The notes: generated from the letters alone by a model not told the origin. A stretch of DNA of 64,000 nt from Isurus oxyrinchus (GCA_026770705.1 JANJGN010000008.1:72292001-72356000); one strand, 5' to 3'. Shown: positions 49,241-62,649, counted from the first letter of the stretch. Numbers and translations are program-made.

Positions 49241-50033
49241 CAGTGTGGAATGGGGGATATAATGTGTATGGCATGAGAGGGATGATAGGACATGGGATGG
49301 GGATTTAAAGAAGGATTGTTGCAATAAAGATACTAATTTCACCACAAGTGTTTTGCAGTTCTCTGCTTGTTTGTAAGCATTCCTTGGATGGATTAACTTA
49401 TTACCATCATCAAATTAAGATATCAAATAAAGCAATACATTGAGTTCTAGAGAACAGTGGGAATCATAGCCAGGCCCCTTGCCTCTCTCAGTCAGGTGCC
49501 TCATCTTTACAACTCCAATAAGCTATAAACAAGACATTTACATTTGTAATTTTTGAAAACAGATCCATAGCAAGTCATAATTTGTTTTGAAAAAGATGCT
49601 GTTAATGCATTCTGAAGCCAGATGGCGAAGTAGGAAACCAAATGCCAATCTTTTACTTAGCACTAGATTTATTTACAGAATGCAACATTACATATGTATG
49701 CTTCCTGCCTTTCCAACATCCTGTCTCCCAGAAGTATCTCTTTATACTCGCTTGACTCATGGGAGAAATAACGCTAAATGAATGATCAGCTCCTCTTAAA
49801 AGAGGCAATTCAATGAAGTTGTAACGAAAACCAAAACTTTAACGGAAACTTATCAAATCAAAATAATATTTCTGAGGGTGATGATGCATTCCACCCCAAG
49901 TCTCAGTTTATATTCCTTTGAAACAATGAGAAATAAATAAACAAATAAACAAATGATCAACCCCTTTGAGTTGGGGGGTGGGGTGTGAGGCGAGGTGGTG
50001 GCATACTTAAATTTCAATCCGGATGTATGCTAC

Positions 50034-50949
50034 TGTTAGAAACAATGTATAATTTTTAAATTGAATATCTCATATGTGTGTGTGAGAGTGTTAGGAAAGC
50101 TAAAATGGTTTCAGTTTCATTTTTGGTTGTTTATGAGCCTTGGTTCCTAGAAGTCTGGGGTTGGGCCTGTGACTGGAAGGTCAATCTTTTGGGTTTGTTT
50201 TTATATATATTTTTAATGCGTTTTTATAACCCCTGAAGTTAAAGAGTTGGGTTTAAAAGGGGTTAGATGTTTACTGATTTTTGGGAAAAAAGTAGAAAAA
50301 TCTGAGCTGTTGCCTAGTGGTCAAGCAACACAGATTCAGAGAAAGTTAGGGAAGAGTTCAATGTGTGTCAGAGAGTGAAGACAGGGATTTTTCAGCTTTC
50401 TGAGAAGAGAAAAGTACAAGGCTAGAGAGACAGTAGTTAACTGAATAGTCAGTTATAGGACTCAATAATGTGATTAGTTTAATGATGTTGCTACTGAAAT
50501 AGTGAGTTTAAAGTATGGTTATTTTTGGGTGTCTTGGGGAAAGACACAAGTTGGATGAGAAGCATTAAGTGAATGCTGAAGAATTCAGCAGAAGAAAACC
50601 ATTTGCACATGTGCCAGCCCCAAACAAGGAGACTTTGTGTCAAGCTAGTGGTAACTCTTCATTGGTTTGTGTCTGTAAAGATATTGCTGGGTAAAGGAAT
50701 ATTGGAAAATTGAGTTGCCTTCTTGTGTTTGTATTGAGATCTTGCCAACATTTTTCTCTGGTGTAATATGGTTTATTTTTCTTGTTTTAATAAATATTTT
50801 ATTCCTCATGTTAAAAGTTCATCAGCAGACCTCTGAATTTGTTCAGTAAGTTTCCTCCACTGTTTCTAAGAAAAAGTTTGGATCTGTCAAGCCAGGTTTC
50901 ACTATGGGATCTGACTTGTCCAATATTAACATAAACTGGGATCGTAACA
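50034..50949 (+). mobile_element. Solo LTR
   Basis: TGTTAG..CGTAACA; 4-bp TSD CTAC (50030-50033, 50950-50953); AATAAA ~50789. Confidence 0.85.
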
Positions 50950-51187
50950 CTACTACTATAGAGCCCAAGTCCTGAACCCAACCGCTTATGTATCAGAGGA
51001 TGGTCCACTAGCAAACTAAAAACATGGCTCCTCCAACAGTGCAGCACTCCCTCAGTAATCTGCTAAAATGCCAGCCTAGATTGTTGTGCTCATGTTCTGA
51101 GGTGGGTTTTTAACTCAGCACATTCCAGTTTAGAGGGCAAGCATTAATAACTGAGCCATGGTAGTCTCAAATCCACTGCCTGAGCTA

Positions 51188-52535
51188 AGTCTCTTTAAAC
51201 CTCTTTTGAAGAAGTTTCTCTTGAGCAAACTAAAACAAATCGCCAAATTACCTGATTAATAAAACAAAGGAAATTTATCAAATTAAAATAACGTTCCCAG
51301 GGCTCATGATGTACTCTAGCCCCTGCGGTGCTCACCGGTCAGGGAAAACTTCTAGCATAATGGCAGATGCCGCATGCTCCCTCTCCAAGAACATTTGGGC
51401 ACAGACATGACCATGTTAGAGGGACAGGGAATTGAGTCGAATGACCCCCTCAAATGCCTGTTGCCTGGACCTGTTAATGACCACCTTGGTCAGGAGTCTG
51501 TCTCACTATATTCTTTTGAGTAAACAAGAAACAAATGAACAAATAATCAAATGATAATCCCTTAAGGGGCATTGAAACTAAAACAAAACTACAAAGGAAA
51601 CTAATCAAATTAAAATAATGTTGCCGGGGCTGATAATACACTCCGGCCCCTGTGGCGCCCATGGTTATGGAAGGCCTCAAGCGTACTAGTGGACACTGTG
51701 TGCTCTCTCTCTCTCTCTCCAAGGGCACCTGGACATGAATGTAACCATGGGAGAGGGGCAGACAGTTGGGTCAGTCCACCCTCAACTGCTTAGACCTGTT
51801 AATGACTATATTGGCTACGAGTCTATCTTTATGCCATTTTGAGTAAATAGAATCAAATGAACTAATAAATTAACTAGTTGAAAGCCCCTTAAAGGGGCAC
51901 TGTAACAAAAGAAAAATCAAATCTTTAAAGGAAACTTATCAACAAAAGTGACATTTTGAGGGCTGATGAAGCACTCCAGCCCCTGCGGGCACCCACCATT
52001 CGTGGAAGGCCTCAAGCGGTGGACCCGCAGCTCCCTCTCCAAGGACACCCGGACGCGGATATAACAATGGAAGAGGGGCAGGCAATCAGGTCAAACAATC
52101 CCTTCAACCATCTGCTACCTGGATCTGTTAATGGCCACGATTCTCTCTTTATACTCCTTTGAGTTTACCAATAAAACTACTTAACAAGCTGACAGCCCCT
52201 TAAAGAGGTACTGTAACACAAAGACAAAACTTTAAAGGAAACTTTAACAAATCAAATTAGAATAAAAACAAAAAAACTGCGGATGCTGGAAATCCAAAAC
52301 AAAAACAAAAACAGAATTACCTGGAAAAACTCAGCAGGTCTGGCAGCATCGGCGGAGAAGAAAAGAGTTGACGTTTCGAGTCCTCATGACCCTTCGACAG
52401 AACTTGAGTTCGAGTCCAAGAAAGAGTGGAAATATAAGCTGGTTTAAGGTGTGTGTGTGGGGGGTGGAGAGAGAGAGAGAGAGAGAGGAATTAGAATGTT
52501 GTTTCTGGGACGAGTCTCTCTATAAAATCCTCGAG
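51188..52535 (-). repeat. Head-to-tail array of Tx1-type LINE 3' ends (3 units of ~320 bp plus one short unit)
   Basis: The long units encode on - a decayed ORF2 C-terminus (AINRS..CLPLF..SLEREH..EAF..WAP.G.ECII) plus a 3' UTR with a GCCCCTTAAAGGGGC-type hairpin; related short units at ~49735-49970. Confidence 0.75.
52264..52488 (-). mobile_element. Short young PLE 3'-end insertion (same family as 1010-4188), with hammerhead-like motif at 52366-52404
   Basis: Near-identical to 1013-1230; 9-bp TSD AATTAGAAT (52255-52263, 52489-52497). Confidence 0.9.
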
Positions 52536-53574
52536 GTACTGAACCAAATGGTGCCATGCATCTGTATATTCTTAGCCTTAATAATACAATTAACATACCA
52601 TTAACAGCTGTAACTAAGATTGTGGATCTTTATTTCCATGTGCTGAATATTAATGTGCTAACACTGCATTATGGAATAGGAGGTGACGGGTTTAGATCAG
52701 AGCTAACTCATCCTGTTAGTTTATAATCTCAGTTTGCAATGAGCTGAGGGGGGAGGGAAGGCTTTTAAATTACTAGAGATGGTTGTCCAACATAATAATT
52801 GGAAACACGAGAACACGTAGTGTGATGAATAATACATGAATAATTTTTGTAAACACTAGCATGAGTCCACTTGGCCCAGTTTCATGTTTTTCTTTTAATC
52901 AATGCTGAATTTCATATCTTTTATAGTTCAGAAAACAATCAGTACAAGTATTTCTACAATCAATAGATTGAAGCTGGTTTCATTTGCTATATTTTTGGTA
53001 CACTTTATTACAAATTCATGTCAAGTTCCTGTCTGTTCTACCTTTAGTCAATATGTTTCTGTTAAATTCCTGTCTGTGGTATTTTTATGCAATCAGTGAC
53101 CCACTTATCAGACTAGTAGTGCCTCAGTGAATTGATGCCGTTTACACTGGCAGGCTGGTTTCAGATAAGCTTAACTTTGGTAAATTTAGAAAATAATCAA
53201 CATTCCTCCCACAACCAAAACACACATTTCAGCGTCATGATATTATCAGCTGAATGTGGTTGGAGGCAATGTTTTCGCCCCTGGTCTGTTTGTTAACATT
53301 GGCCTGTAACTTCTGATCTCCCCAGTGTCAGATTTGGGGGGTACCCCAGAGATGCACTGCGGAATCCCACTGGGAAGTTCCCATGTAAGGATTTGCACGG
53401 CAATTGCCCAGAAGTGCACACTTCCTCTGGACAATTGCGCTGTGCTGAGAACTATCTGAAAATGTGATTAAAATCGGAAACTTCGGATGGTTCCACTGGG
53501 GTTACACCAACAGTTACTCAGGAAAAAGTTAGAAGAATTAAAACCTCTTTTAACTTCTGAGTAACTATTGTAAA

Positions 53575-53830
53575 GACCCAGACGACCTCTGATACCGTCC
53601 TGACCTCCAACACCCCCATCCTCCTGACCTCTGACATCTCCCCGACCTCTGACAACCCCCTGGCCTCCGACACCTTCCACCCTCCTGACCTCCGTTACCC
53701 CACGACCTCCGACACACCCGACTTCCAACGCCCCCCACCCCGCTTACGAACTCTGACACCCCTGATTTCTGACACCCCCATTCCCGACTTCCGATACCCC
53801 CTGACCTTCGACAACCCTTTCCTCTGACTC
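53575..53830 (+). repeat. Degenerate minisatellite, unit ~17 bp GACCTCYGACACCCCCC
   Basis: About a dozen imperfect copies; preceded by MITE-like sequence from ~53300. Confidence 0.8.
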
Positions 53831-53879
53831 TATGAGTTATGGTAATTTGGAGAGCTCAAACCATGCAACACCTTCAGGC

Positions 53880-56800
53880 AATCTGGGACCTGTGTGAAAA
53901 TGGTGAATCAAAATGGAGAACAAAGTTCATGGTCTGAAGTTGTTGAATTCAATGTTGAGCCCAGAACATTGTAAGGTGCCATTTGGAAGATAAGGTGCTG
54001 TTCCTCCAGTTTATGTTAGGCTTCACTAGAACATTGCCGCAGGCCAAGGACAGACATGTGGACATGTGAGCAGGATGCTGAATTGAAATGGCAAGCAACA
54101 GGAAGGTAATGGTTGCAGACTGAACAGAGGTGTTCTGAAAGCAGTCACCCAGCCTGTGTTTTGTCTCCCCAGTGTAGAGGAGACTGCATTCTGAGCAGTG
54201 AACACAGTGTATAAATTGAAAGAAGTGCAAGGAAATTGCTGCTTCACCTGGAAGGAGTGTTTGGGGCCTTGGACGGTGAGGATGGAGGAGGTAAAGGGGC
54301 TAAGATTACATCTCCTGCGATTGCATGGAAAAATGCCATTGGAAGGGAATAAGTTGTTGGAGGTGATAGAGGAGCGGATCAGGATGTCACGGAGGGAATG
54401 GTCCCTTTCGAATGCTGACAGTGGAGATGAGGGGAAGGTGTGTTTGGTGGTAGCATCATGCTGGAGTTGGCGGAAATGGTGGAGGATGATACTTTGAGTA
54501 CAGAGACTGATGAAGTGGAAAGTGAGGACAAGGAGAACGCTATAATAGTTCCGGGAGGGAGGGGAAGGGTGAGGGAACAAGTACAGGAAATGGGTTAGAC
54601 AGGGTTGAGGGCCCTATCAACCATGGTTGGTAGGGGTGGGGGGGGAAATCCTTTGCTGAGGGAAAAAGAAGACATGTCAGAAGCGCCATTGTAAGGTAGT
54701 ATCATTAGAACAGATGCAGGGGAGATGGAGAAACAGGGAGAATGGAATGGAGCCCCTACAGGAAACAGAGTGTGAGGAAGTGTAGCTAAGGTAGTTGTGG
54801 GAGTCAGTGGGTTTGTAAGGAATATTGATAGACAGTCTATCAGCAGAAATGGAGAAAGAGAAGTCAAAGAAGGGAAGGAAGTTTCAGAGGTGGACCACAT
54901 GAGGGTGAGAGAGAGAGGTGGAAATTGGCAGCAAAATTGATGAATTTTTCCAGGTCCAGATGAGAGCATGAAGCGGCACCGATATGGGAGGTTGCCTGAG
55001 TAGGATTGGTACAGGGAATGTTCCACATATGCCTGCCTTTTTGTGGGGTAACGAGGGCCCTAGTGGGTACCCTTGGCCACCTCTTTTATTTGGAAGAAGT
55101 GAGCCAAGTTAAAGGAGAAATTGTCCAATGTGAGAACAAGTTCAGCAAAGGAGGATGGTGGTGGATAGGGATTGTTTGGACCTCCTTTGAAGAATGAAGT
55201 AGAGAGCATTCAGACTGTCCTGGTAGGGGATGGAAGTGTAGAGTGACTGGATATCTATAGTGAAGAGGAGACAGTTAGGGGCAGGAAACTGGAAATTGTT
55301 AAAATGACATGGTGCATCAGAACAATCACAAATGTATGTGAGAAGAGGTAGGACAAGGAGAGAGAAAACAGAGTCAAGATAGGAACAAATAAGTTAAGCA
55401 GGGCAGGAACAGTCCAAAATGATGAGTCTACCGGGACAGTCCTGTTTATGGATTTTGGGAAGGAGGCCTGTACAGAGTTGAGGTTGGAGGCTGTGGAGGG
55501 AAGATCTCCAGAGGAGGTGAGATCAGTGATAGTCCAGGAAATGACGCCTTGATGTTCGGTGGTGGGATCATGGTCCGGGGGAGGTAGGAAGAAGTGCCTG
55601 TGAGTTGGTGCTCAGCTTCTGCAAGATAAAAATCAGTGCACCAAACAAGGGCAGCAGTACTTTGTCAATGGGTTTGATAACAAAATCAGGGTTGGACCTG
55701 AGAGAACAGAGTGCAGCAAGTTCAGGGGGAGACAGGTTAGAATTGTGAGAGGAGCAGAGAAATTAAGATGGCCAATATCACGCTGACAGGTCTCAGTGAA
55801 AAGATCAAGAGCAGGTAAGAGGTGCTACGACAGCAGCCAATGTTATTCGCTGAGCAAGCCAAATCCCAGGGAGACACTTGTCTTACTGATAATAAATTTT
55901 AGCTTTGTATTTTGAAAATGAGTGGAGAACTACTGATCCCAGAAGCATAGAATCCCAGTAACACATTTAGGATTTTAAAAGTAAAAGATTTATTAACAAG
56001 AAGGAAAAAAAACTTAAGTATACAAGTAAAGTTACACAGTTAAGACAGTCTTATAAAACATTCCCCAAAAAACCCCACTTGGTCAGAACACACAAGTAAA
56101 CTACATGGCAACAGCTCCCTTATAGATTTTGACCATAAAAATCCAATAATATTACCCAAGGCAATAACTGCTACTATTTTAATAAAGTACCTTAATAAAA
56201 TACCGCATGACTTCTCCCTCTCTTCCACTGGATGTTAAACCGAAGGAAGTTCAGAAGCAGACTGCTTCCTGAAAACAAAGATTTCTCTGGTTTGAAACTG
56301 GGTGGCTGCTTCAAATTCACAACTTTCTTAGCACAGAGCTGGTCTCAGGACATCTCCTCCATACAGCCAACAACTCAACTAAAATCTTTCCTTCAATATC
56401 CTTTTCCCCTTTTGATCTTAGACTTTATTGTTCTAAGCACCCTTTTGAACTCAGTTTTTCCAAATTACAAAAATCTTCCATGTTTTCCTATTGTCTCCAC
56501 TTTAGGGTCAAATAAAATTTAATAACCTTCCCTCGTTTACTTATGAAATTCTTGTAAGTTGTAAAAGTCCCTTGTCACTTCTAAACCCCCTTTGAAATTT
56601 AACAACTGAAAAGTCAGGTCCTTACCTATCACCTAATGCAAATTTTGAAACCCAACCTATTTACTCGTTCATTCAACTTCACCATAGCCTCTTATTACAA
56701 ATGCATGCATTTAGCACCTTTACCTTTCATCTCTCTGCCCCCACAGACAAGCTGTCTTCACTAACCTTCCCCTAGTTTAGCTACACACACACACACACAC

Positions 56801-58240
56801 ACACACACTCTCTCTCACAGCGTTCTTTATAGAATACCACCATATTCCCAGGAATATTTAAAACAATACAATCCATCTTCACAGAGGCTAGAGGGAGAAT
56901 ACTGGAGGTGGGTGAAAAGGTGGGTGGGTGGGGGATTCATGCCCAAATAACTGAGCATGGAGGCGAAGGCAACAGAAGAGAAGTTTAACATTATTTCAAG
57001 CCTGAAATTCATTGAGGTGAGGGCATATGGGAAAAAACTGAATCCTTTGCTGAGCACAGATCCTTCAGCGTCAGAGAGGGGAAGGTCAGAGGTTATAGTG
57101 AATATATGGCAAGGGCTGGCAGTAGAAGAAGGGATGGTTCAGAGGGAAGGGAAGGGGAGCAAGGATCCAGAGTGGCGTTGGTATCACTAAGGTGTTGGAG
57201 CTTGCATTCCTTCGCACCTGAAAGGAAGAGAAAGTTTTTTGTTAAGGCATTGGATGAAATGAAGAATGCGATGGAACTGGGAACAAGGACAGCTTTGAGA
57301 TAGGGTGAATTGGTGCTGCTGGAGAGAGAAGTTGAGTGTGCACATGTGGTGGTGCATGGAACTGAATGTGGATCTCAGGATGTGACGAGAACAGCAGTCT
57401 GAGGAACGTTGTATGCCTGGAAATACCTGTAATTCTGGGTGGATTCGTAACATGAAGGATGGAACTTCAGTTGAAATTCATGTGGGTTAAGTCAGAGACA
57501 ACCACTGAGAAAGGAAATGTGGCTGTGAAAAGGGGTTTGGTAAACACCTTATCAAATGTGAGGAGGGAAATGGAAATCAATGAAGGTGAAGAGGTGAAAT
57601 AGACAAATGAAAATCCTGTTGAGGAGAAGAGCAGAACTTCTTCATACTAGAAGGGAATTGACAGCGAATTAAACACTAAAATAAAAACAAAATGCTGTGG
57701 TTGTTGGAAATCTGAACTAAAAACAGAAATGCTAGAAAAATTCAACAGGTCTGGCAGCATCTGTGGAGAGAGAAACAGAGTTAATGCTTCGAATCCCATA
57801 TGACTCCTGTTTGGAACTGGAGAGAAGTAGAAATGTGATGGGTTTTATGCTATTGAAGAAGTGGGGAGGTGGAGCAAAGTAGAAGATTAGGGATGGGTTG
57901 AAGTTCAGGAGAGATGAAATGATAAAGATGTCATGGAGCACAAGACAAAGAGAGTGGTAATGATAGTATTAAAGACTAAAGCAGGAGTTAATAGTGGAAT
58001 AAATGTCAGCACTGTATGAAAGCAAAATAGCAGAGTGTGTAACTGGTTGAAAAACCTTCAGTGCTGTCTGAAAGCAAGACATGGGAACACGATACAGACT
58101 GATGCATGTGGGGTGTGGGTTGAAACAAAATGGAGGACAGAGTTCATGATCTGAAGTTGAACTCAATGTTGTCTGGAAGACTGTGAAGTGCCTAATTGGA
58201 GGATGAGGTGCTGTTCCTCTAGCTTGCGCAGTTCCTTCAA
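53880..58240 (-). mobile_element. Older near-full-length PLE with upstream direct pseudo-LTR
   Basis: On -: 58240-57680 repeats the endonuclease end and 3' region; then N-terminus (CCSRHILRSTFSSM..LNKKL), LSKGFSF, RT remnants, GIY-YIG (TGETKHRLGD) to ~53930. Confidence 0.88.
55823..56883 (-). mobile_element. Solo LTR nested in the older PLE
   Basis: TGCTACGA..TCTTCACA; 4-bp TSD GAGG (55819-55822, 56884-56887); PLE frame LQYSPSS|LLPALDLF resumes across it. Confidence 0.85.
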
Positions 58241-58974
58241 CTTGCGTTGTTCCTCCACCTTGTTGTTCCTCCATCCTAAACTCATTTGTTTATAGTGTTA
58301 AAATATCCCCACAGAATCTGAACCAGGAAGTGTAAGTTAGAATATTATATTCAACTCCAAATCATGTACAGAAAGTGAAATAGAAAGGGAAAGAAAGAAG
58401 AGATTAAGGGAGAAGAAGAACTAAGAGTCAGAAAGAAAAAGTAAAAATAAATAATTTTAAAAATTTATAAAATTTCCCACAAGAATTAAAAGATGAAGGA
58501 GAAAGTCTCCACTCTTCTAATTTTCATCACCATAGAGTTTTTTTTGGCAGTTTTAGATTACACTGTTTTAAAAAAATACTTTCACTTGAATGGATAGACC
58601 TTACCTTTTTCGGTGTGTTTAGTGGATACCTTGTGGGTAAGTGCCACAACTTCATGCCCTTCATGCCACGCTTCTTAGTGAGATACCAGTGGGGGAACCA
58701 AGTAAACATGGACAGCAACTTCCTGATTTCCATTCTTAACTGTGAATTTGCCAACTCTGGATGTTGTTGTCTGATTTTCTCTTTTTAATAACCATTGTTC
58801 TTGTCTCAAAAAATTGCCTTCTATGTGTTCTGTAAACAAATCTGGCTCAAATGTTCCTTGTGCTTAGGAAGAGGATGGTGGCGAATGGGTCAGAATTTTT
58901 TCCACACTGTTGATGTGCATTGGTGATACAGCTGCAATTCACTGATTAGCTCATTATACTAATAAGATAATTAG

Positions 58975-59220
58975 TAAAGTGAACCAGATGGGAGAAACAT
59001 TTTTCTAAACACAACAAGTTGTTGGAATTTATGGCCTGAAAGGGTGGTTGAAGTAGATTCGATAGTAACTTCCAAAAGGCAGGATTGGATATATGCTTGA
59101 AAAAGAATAAAATTGCAGGGCCAAAATTGCAAAGGGTGTGAGATTAATTGAACAGCCTTTTCAAAGTAACTGCATAGGCATGAATAGCCTCCTTTAGTGC
59201 CTTGTAATTCCACATTTCTA
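58975..59220 (+). mobile_element. CR1 3' end relic
   Basis: GTTGTTGGAATTTATGGCCTGAAAGGGTGGTTGAAGTAGATTCGATAGTAACTTCCAAAAGG. Confidence 0.6.
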
Positions 59221-59519
59221 ATTACGGTTGCCCAAGAGCTCAAGAGCTGTGTAGAATTGCTGAAATTTCAGAGAGGGAACAAAGATAAATGTTCTTGTTG
59301 CATTTGCTAGCTTGTTAATCTCCACTTTGTGCTAACCTAATCTTTCCCTGTGCTTCAGCAAGAAACAATTTACAAGACCCTCCGCTCCCCACAAAAAAAA
59401 TCATTTTCAGTTGCCCAGTGAGGCAGCTTCCTCATCACAAGGAACAGCAGGGCCAGCAAGTTCCCTGGCAACAGAAGGACCAACACATAGAACTCTCTCT
59501 GTTCAGTATCTCAGAAAGG

Positions 59520-59680
59520 GTAAGACACACAGGCAACAGTTGTTGGTTGCTCAATGGGAGTTGGAAGATAAAAAGAGAGCTATTGGGAAGGAAGTGGCTG
59601 TGGCCCTGAGTGCCACATTTCGCACGCCCAGGATTGCAGATCTGTGCAAGAAAGAGTTCAGTGACCTGATCATGTTGATA
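59520..59680 (+). pseudogene. Harbinger Myb/SANT-like relic
   Basis: KKRAIGKEVAVALSATFRTPRIADLCKKEFSDL resembles the WxxVAxxVSA..RTxxQCxKxFxDL helix-turn-helix. Confidence 0.5.
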
Positions 59681-59715
59681 GGCAAGGTTACTGAACTATT
59701 AATTCAGAGGCCTCT

Positions 59716-60790
59716 AGTTCTGATTTTGAGGGAGATTTTAACTTTTGAGAAGAAATCAGAACTCCCCAGTTATTAACTGAAGGAATCACACCACAAGATT
59801 TCATAGTTTAATGTGAAATATTGTGTTGTACAAACATTAAACAAAGCAAGATCTACTAACTTTATACTATATTCTGTAAGCCCTTATTATTTAAACCTGA
59901 AAATTTCAATAGACTGGCTCCTATTTTGTTTGTAATTCCACCCTAGAATTCCTCTATACATTGTAGAATCTTGAGGGTTCTCCTTCTAGGACAAAACCAG
60001 TGTGCCACAGCTCTTCGGAATTCACTCTAATTGTCCTAAGCTTCCTCACTTGGCACTCTGTCTTTCTCTCTGCGAGGATGCTCCTGTTGATATCTTCCAC
60101 TAGCTCTACCTGGCAGATCTGACAATTTTAATGCCTCATGAGTTTGTACTTTTCATCTCAACCCTCTTCACAATTCCTGCTTAGTGACTCCAGATCAAGA
60201 ACATCCCCCGGTTCCAAATGGTGTCTCTGCCCCTTGTTCTGGCTGCCAGCAGATGCGTCTTTGCCTTCTCACAGTCTTCCAAGGTGACTTTTCCGTGAGG
60301 AAAATCACAGGTAGACCCAAAACAAAAGACTGCCTTCCAGCAATCTATCCCTGCAGCAACGTGGCATACCTGGGACATCCCAGACAGAGATTTAAACTAA
60401 TTATCTCCCATCTTAAACATGTCCATTTGATCTGAAATGTAATTGGATACTTTAAGATCTTCCCTTGTTTACCTTTTGCTTTCAAACATTTCTTTGATCT
60501 GGGACCCACTTGAATAAACTAAACTGCATATGAAGACAACTTTGGACATCTCATCTCTACCGAGACTCCAAAAAGAGCCACCCATGTATTGTTTACTGTT
60601 ATCACACCTCTAACCCCAATCCTTTTAAGTAAACATGGACCATCCTTTGAATTGCAATTACTCCAGGCTTTTCCACTTATCTTACATTAAAAAATTCAAT
60701 TCCCAAAACTAAAAGTGATATTCCTAAAACACTTCCTGAAATAACACCTCGGTTAATACTTCATATGAGAGTTCATATCTCATTGTGACA
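59716..60790 (-). mobile_element. Solo LTR-like element inside an HE1-like SINE
   Basis: Left end similar to the 61080 element (GAACTCCCCAGT..ACAAGATTTCA), right end TTGTGACA; SINE sequence resumes after 60790; no clear TSD. Confidence 0.5.
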
Positions 60791-61079
60791 ATTCCAGAAT
60801 TTGAATTCAATTTTATAGAAAATAATCCTTACATGTAAAAAGCAGTATAAGTGACTGTGAGGCTGCTTGATTATTGTAAAAGCCCAATTGATTCACTAAC
60901 ATCCTTTTGGGAAGGAAACCTACCATCCTTACCTAGTCTGACCTACCTGTGATTCCAATCCCACACCATACTGATTCCTAACGGCCTTCTGCAGTGGCCC
61001 AGAAAGCTACATTGTTGTGTCAAACAGCCTACATACAGAGTTTCATGATCTCAGAGAAACCAATAATGAACATTACATT

Positions 61080-62617
61080 TGTTATGATCCTTGTAGAAAC
61101 TGATAATTTTTGGAAAGAGATATGAATTCCCCAGTGACCAAAGCAAAGGATTGAACAACAAGATTTCACATTTTAAAACTGTTACTGTGACAAACAAACT
61201 ACAATCAACACCAACTAAACCTTATTTAGTAGGTAAATAATACACTGAACTACAGAATAGGTATTCCTTATCAACTTCTTAACGCAACCAAAAGTCCCAT
61301 GCCAAGTTTATACATTACACCACACACTCAGCAGAAATGTAGTCATGTGTTTAAAGCCCCCAAGCTCCTCCTGGCTTTAACAGGATCCCTTCTCTCTGCT
61401 TCACCGGGGCGAATTGTCCAGTGCTCTTTCAAACAAAGTCCCCTTCACCCAATCTTCTGAGCAGACCTGAATAGACTTCTAATAGCAAGGCATCTACTGG
61501 CAATTCTTAGTGGCCTCATCCCGCTGCCACGTGGGGAACTCACTATTCTGGAGACTGAAAAGAAAACATGTCAGGGTGGCTTGTAGGCTTCTGGGGGTTT
61601 GATTTGGTGGTAGGGTTGGGGGAGATGCTGGGGGGGAGTGGTTCCTTGTTCAATGGCACTCAGTACTTGATCGAGGGACCAGGCATCAGGAAGGACATGA
61701 GGGGGGCCACTGAGAGCCCCTCCATTGCCCTTGCTGCCGACTCCCCCCAACTCTTCCCCCCCATGCGACCCTTCCCTTTATCATTCACCTGTGACCTGGG
61801 ACCTTTGGTAATCCTGGGCCTTGGGTGAGTGCATCACTGGCAGCAGCCACTGCCTCCCTAGTGACACTGCTGAGCAATGAAGAGCTGCCAACCTCTGATT
61901 GGCTGACAGCTCTTGGCACACAGGATTTCCACCTCCTTGATCCTTGATCCTTGATCATGGGTAAATGCTCACTGCTGCCCAGTTAAGTGCCTGATTGGCT
62001 CCTAATGTGACAGGCCTTCCCAAAAAGAGGCAACGTGGGGCTCTTGCCAGCTGGCAGGCAAGACCCCTGTTGCCCAAATTAAATTCTGCCTTAAGGGGCT
62101 GGGCAGAAACAAAGCCAACAGGCTCCTCCTCTGTGCTAAGTGTTTAAACTTTCCCCTCACTTTGAATAAGTTTCAGTTTGAGTTTCTGTCTCTGTAATGA
62201 GTATGTCACATAGGATTGTCTCTGGGCAGATTTAGTCAGGGGTCATGTCGCCTTCTCCAGCTACTCCATTTCACCTTGAATTAAAGGACAGTTAAAAACA
62301 TAACTGCCTTATAAAGTCGAGATGTTATTAAATAATGTGTTGGGAGCATTTATTTCAAGTTGACCACTTAACATTCATTTCCAAACTCACTATGATAATT
62401 AACCATTCATTCTACACTGACTGCAACTTTGAAAGTTTCAGCATTATACAGGTGACAGGCATGGGCCAAAAATCTGAATTAGACGTCACGCAAAAGTACT
62501 TGGAAAATCATTGGATAACCTTTTGGTGTGAAACACAGTTTCATTTCTGTGTTTTAAAAAAAAATGCTAGTTCTACTTTTCTACCGAACTTGCATTTTGT
62601 CTTGAAAATTCCATAAA
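61080..62617 (-). mobile_element. Solo LTR-like element interrupted by a Harbinger-type MITE (~61492-62091)
   Basis: TGTTATGA..CCATAAA termini, flanks CATT/GATT; GC-rich insert ending AAATTCTGCC. Confidence 0.55.
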
Positions 62618-62649
62618 GATTGGTTTAATGCTGTTTTCATGGTGAGATT

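Noticed and set aside
53575-53830. CRISPR-like array
   Set aside because: Degenerate tandem units without unique spacers, eukaryotic context and no cas genes: a minisatellite.
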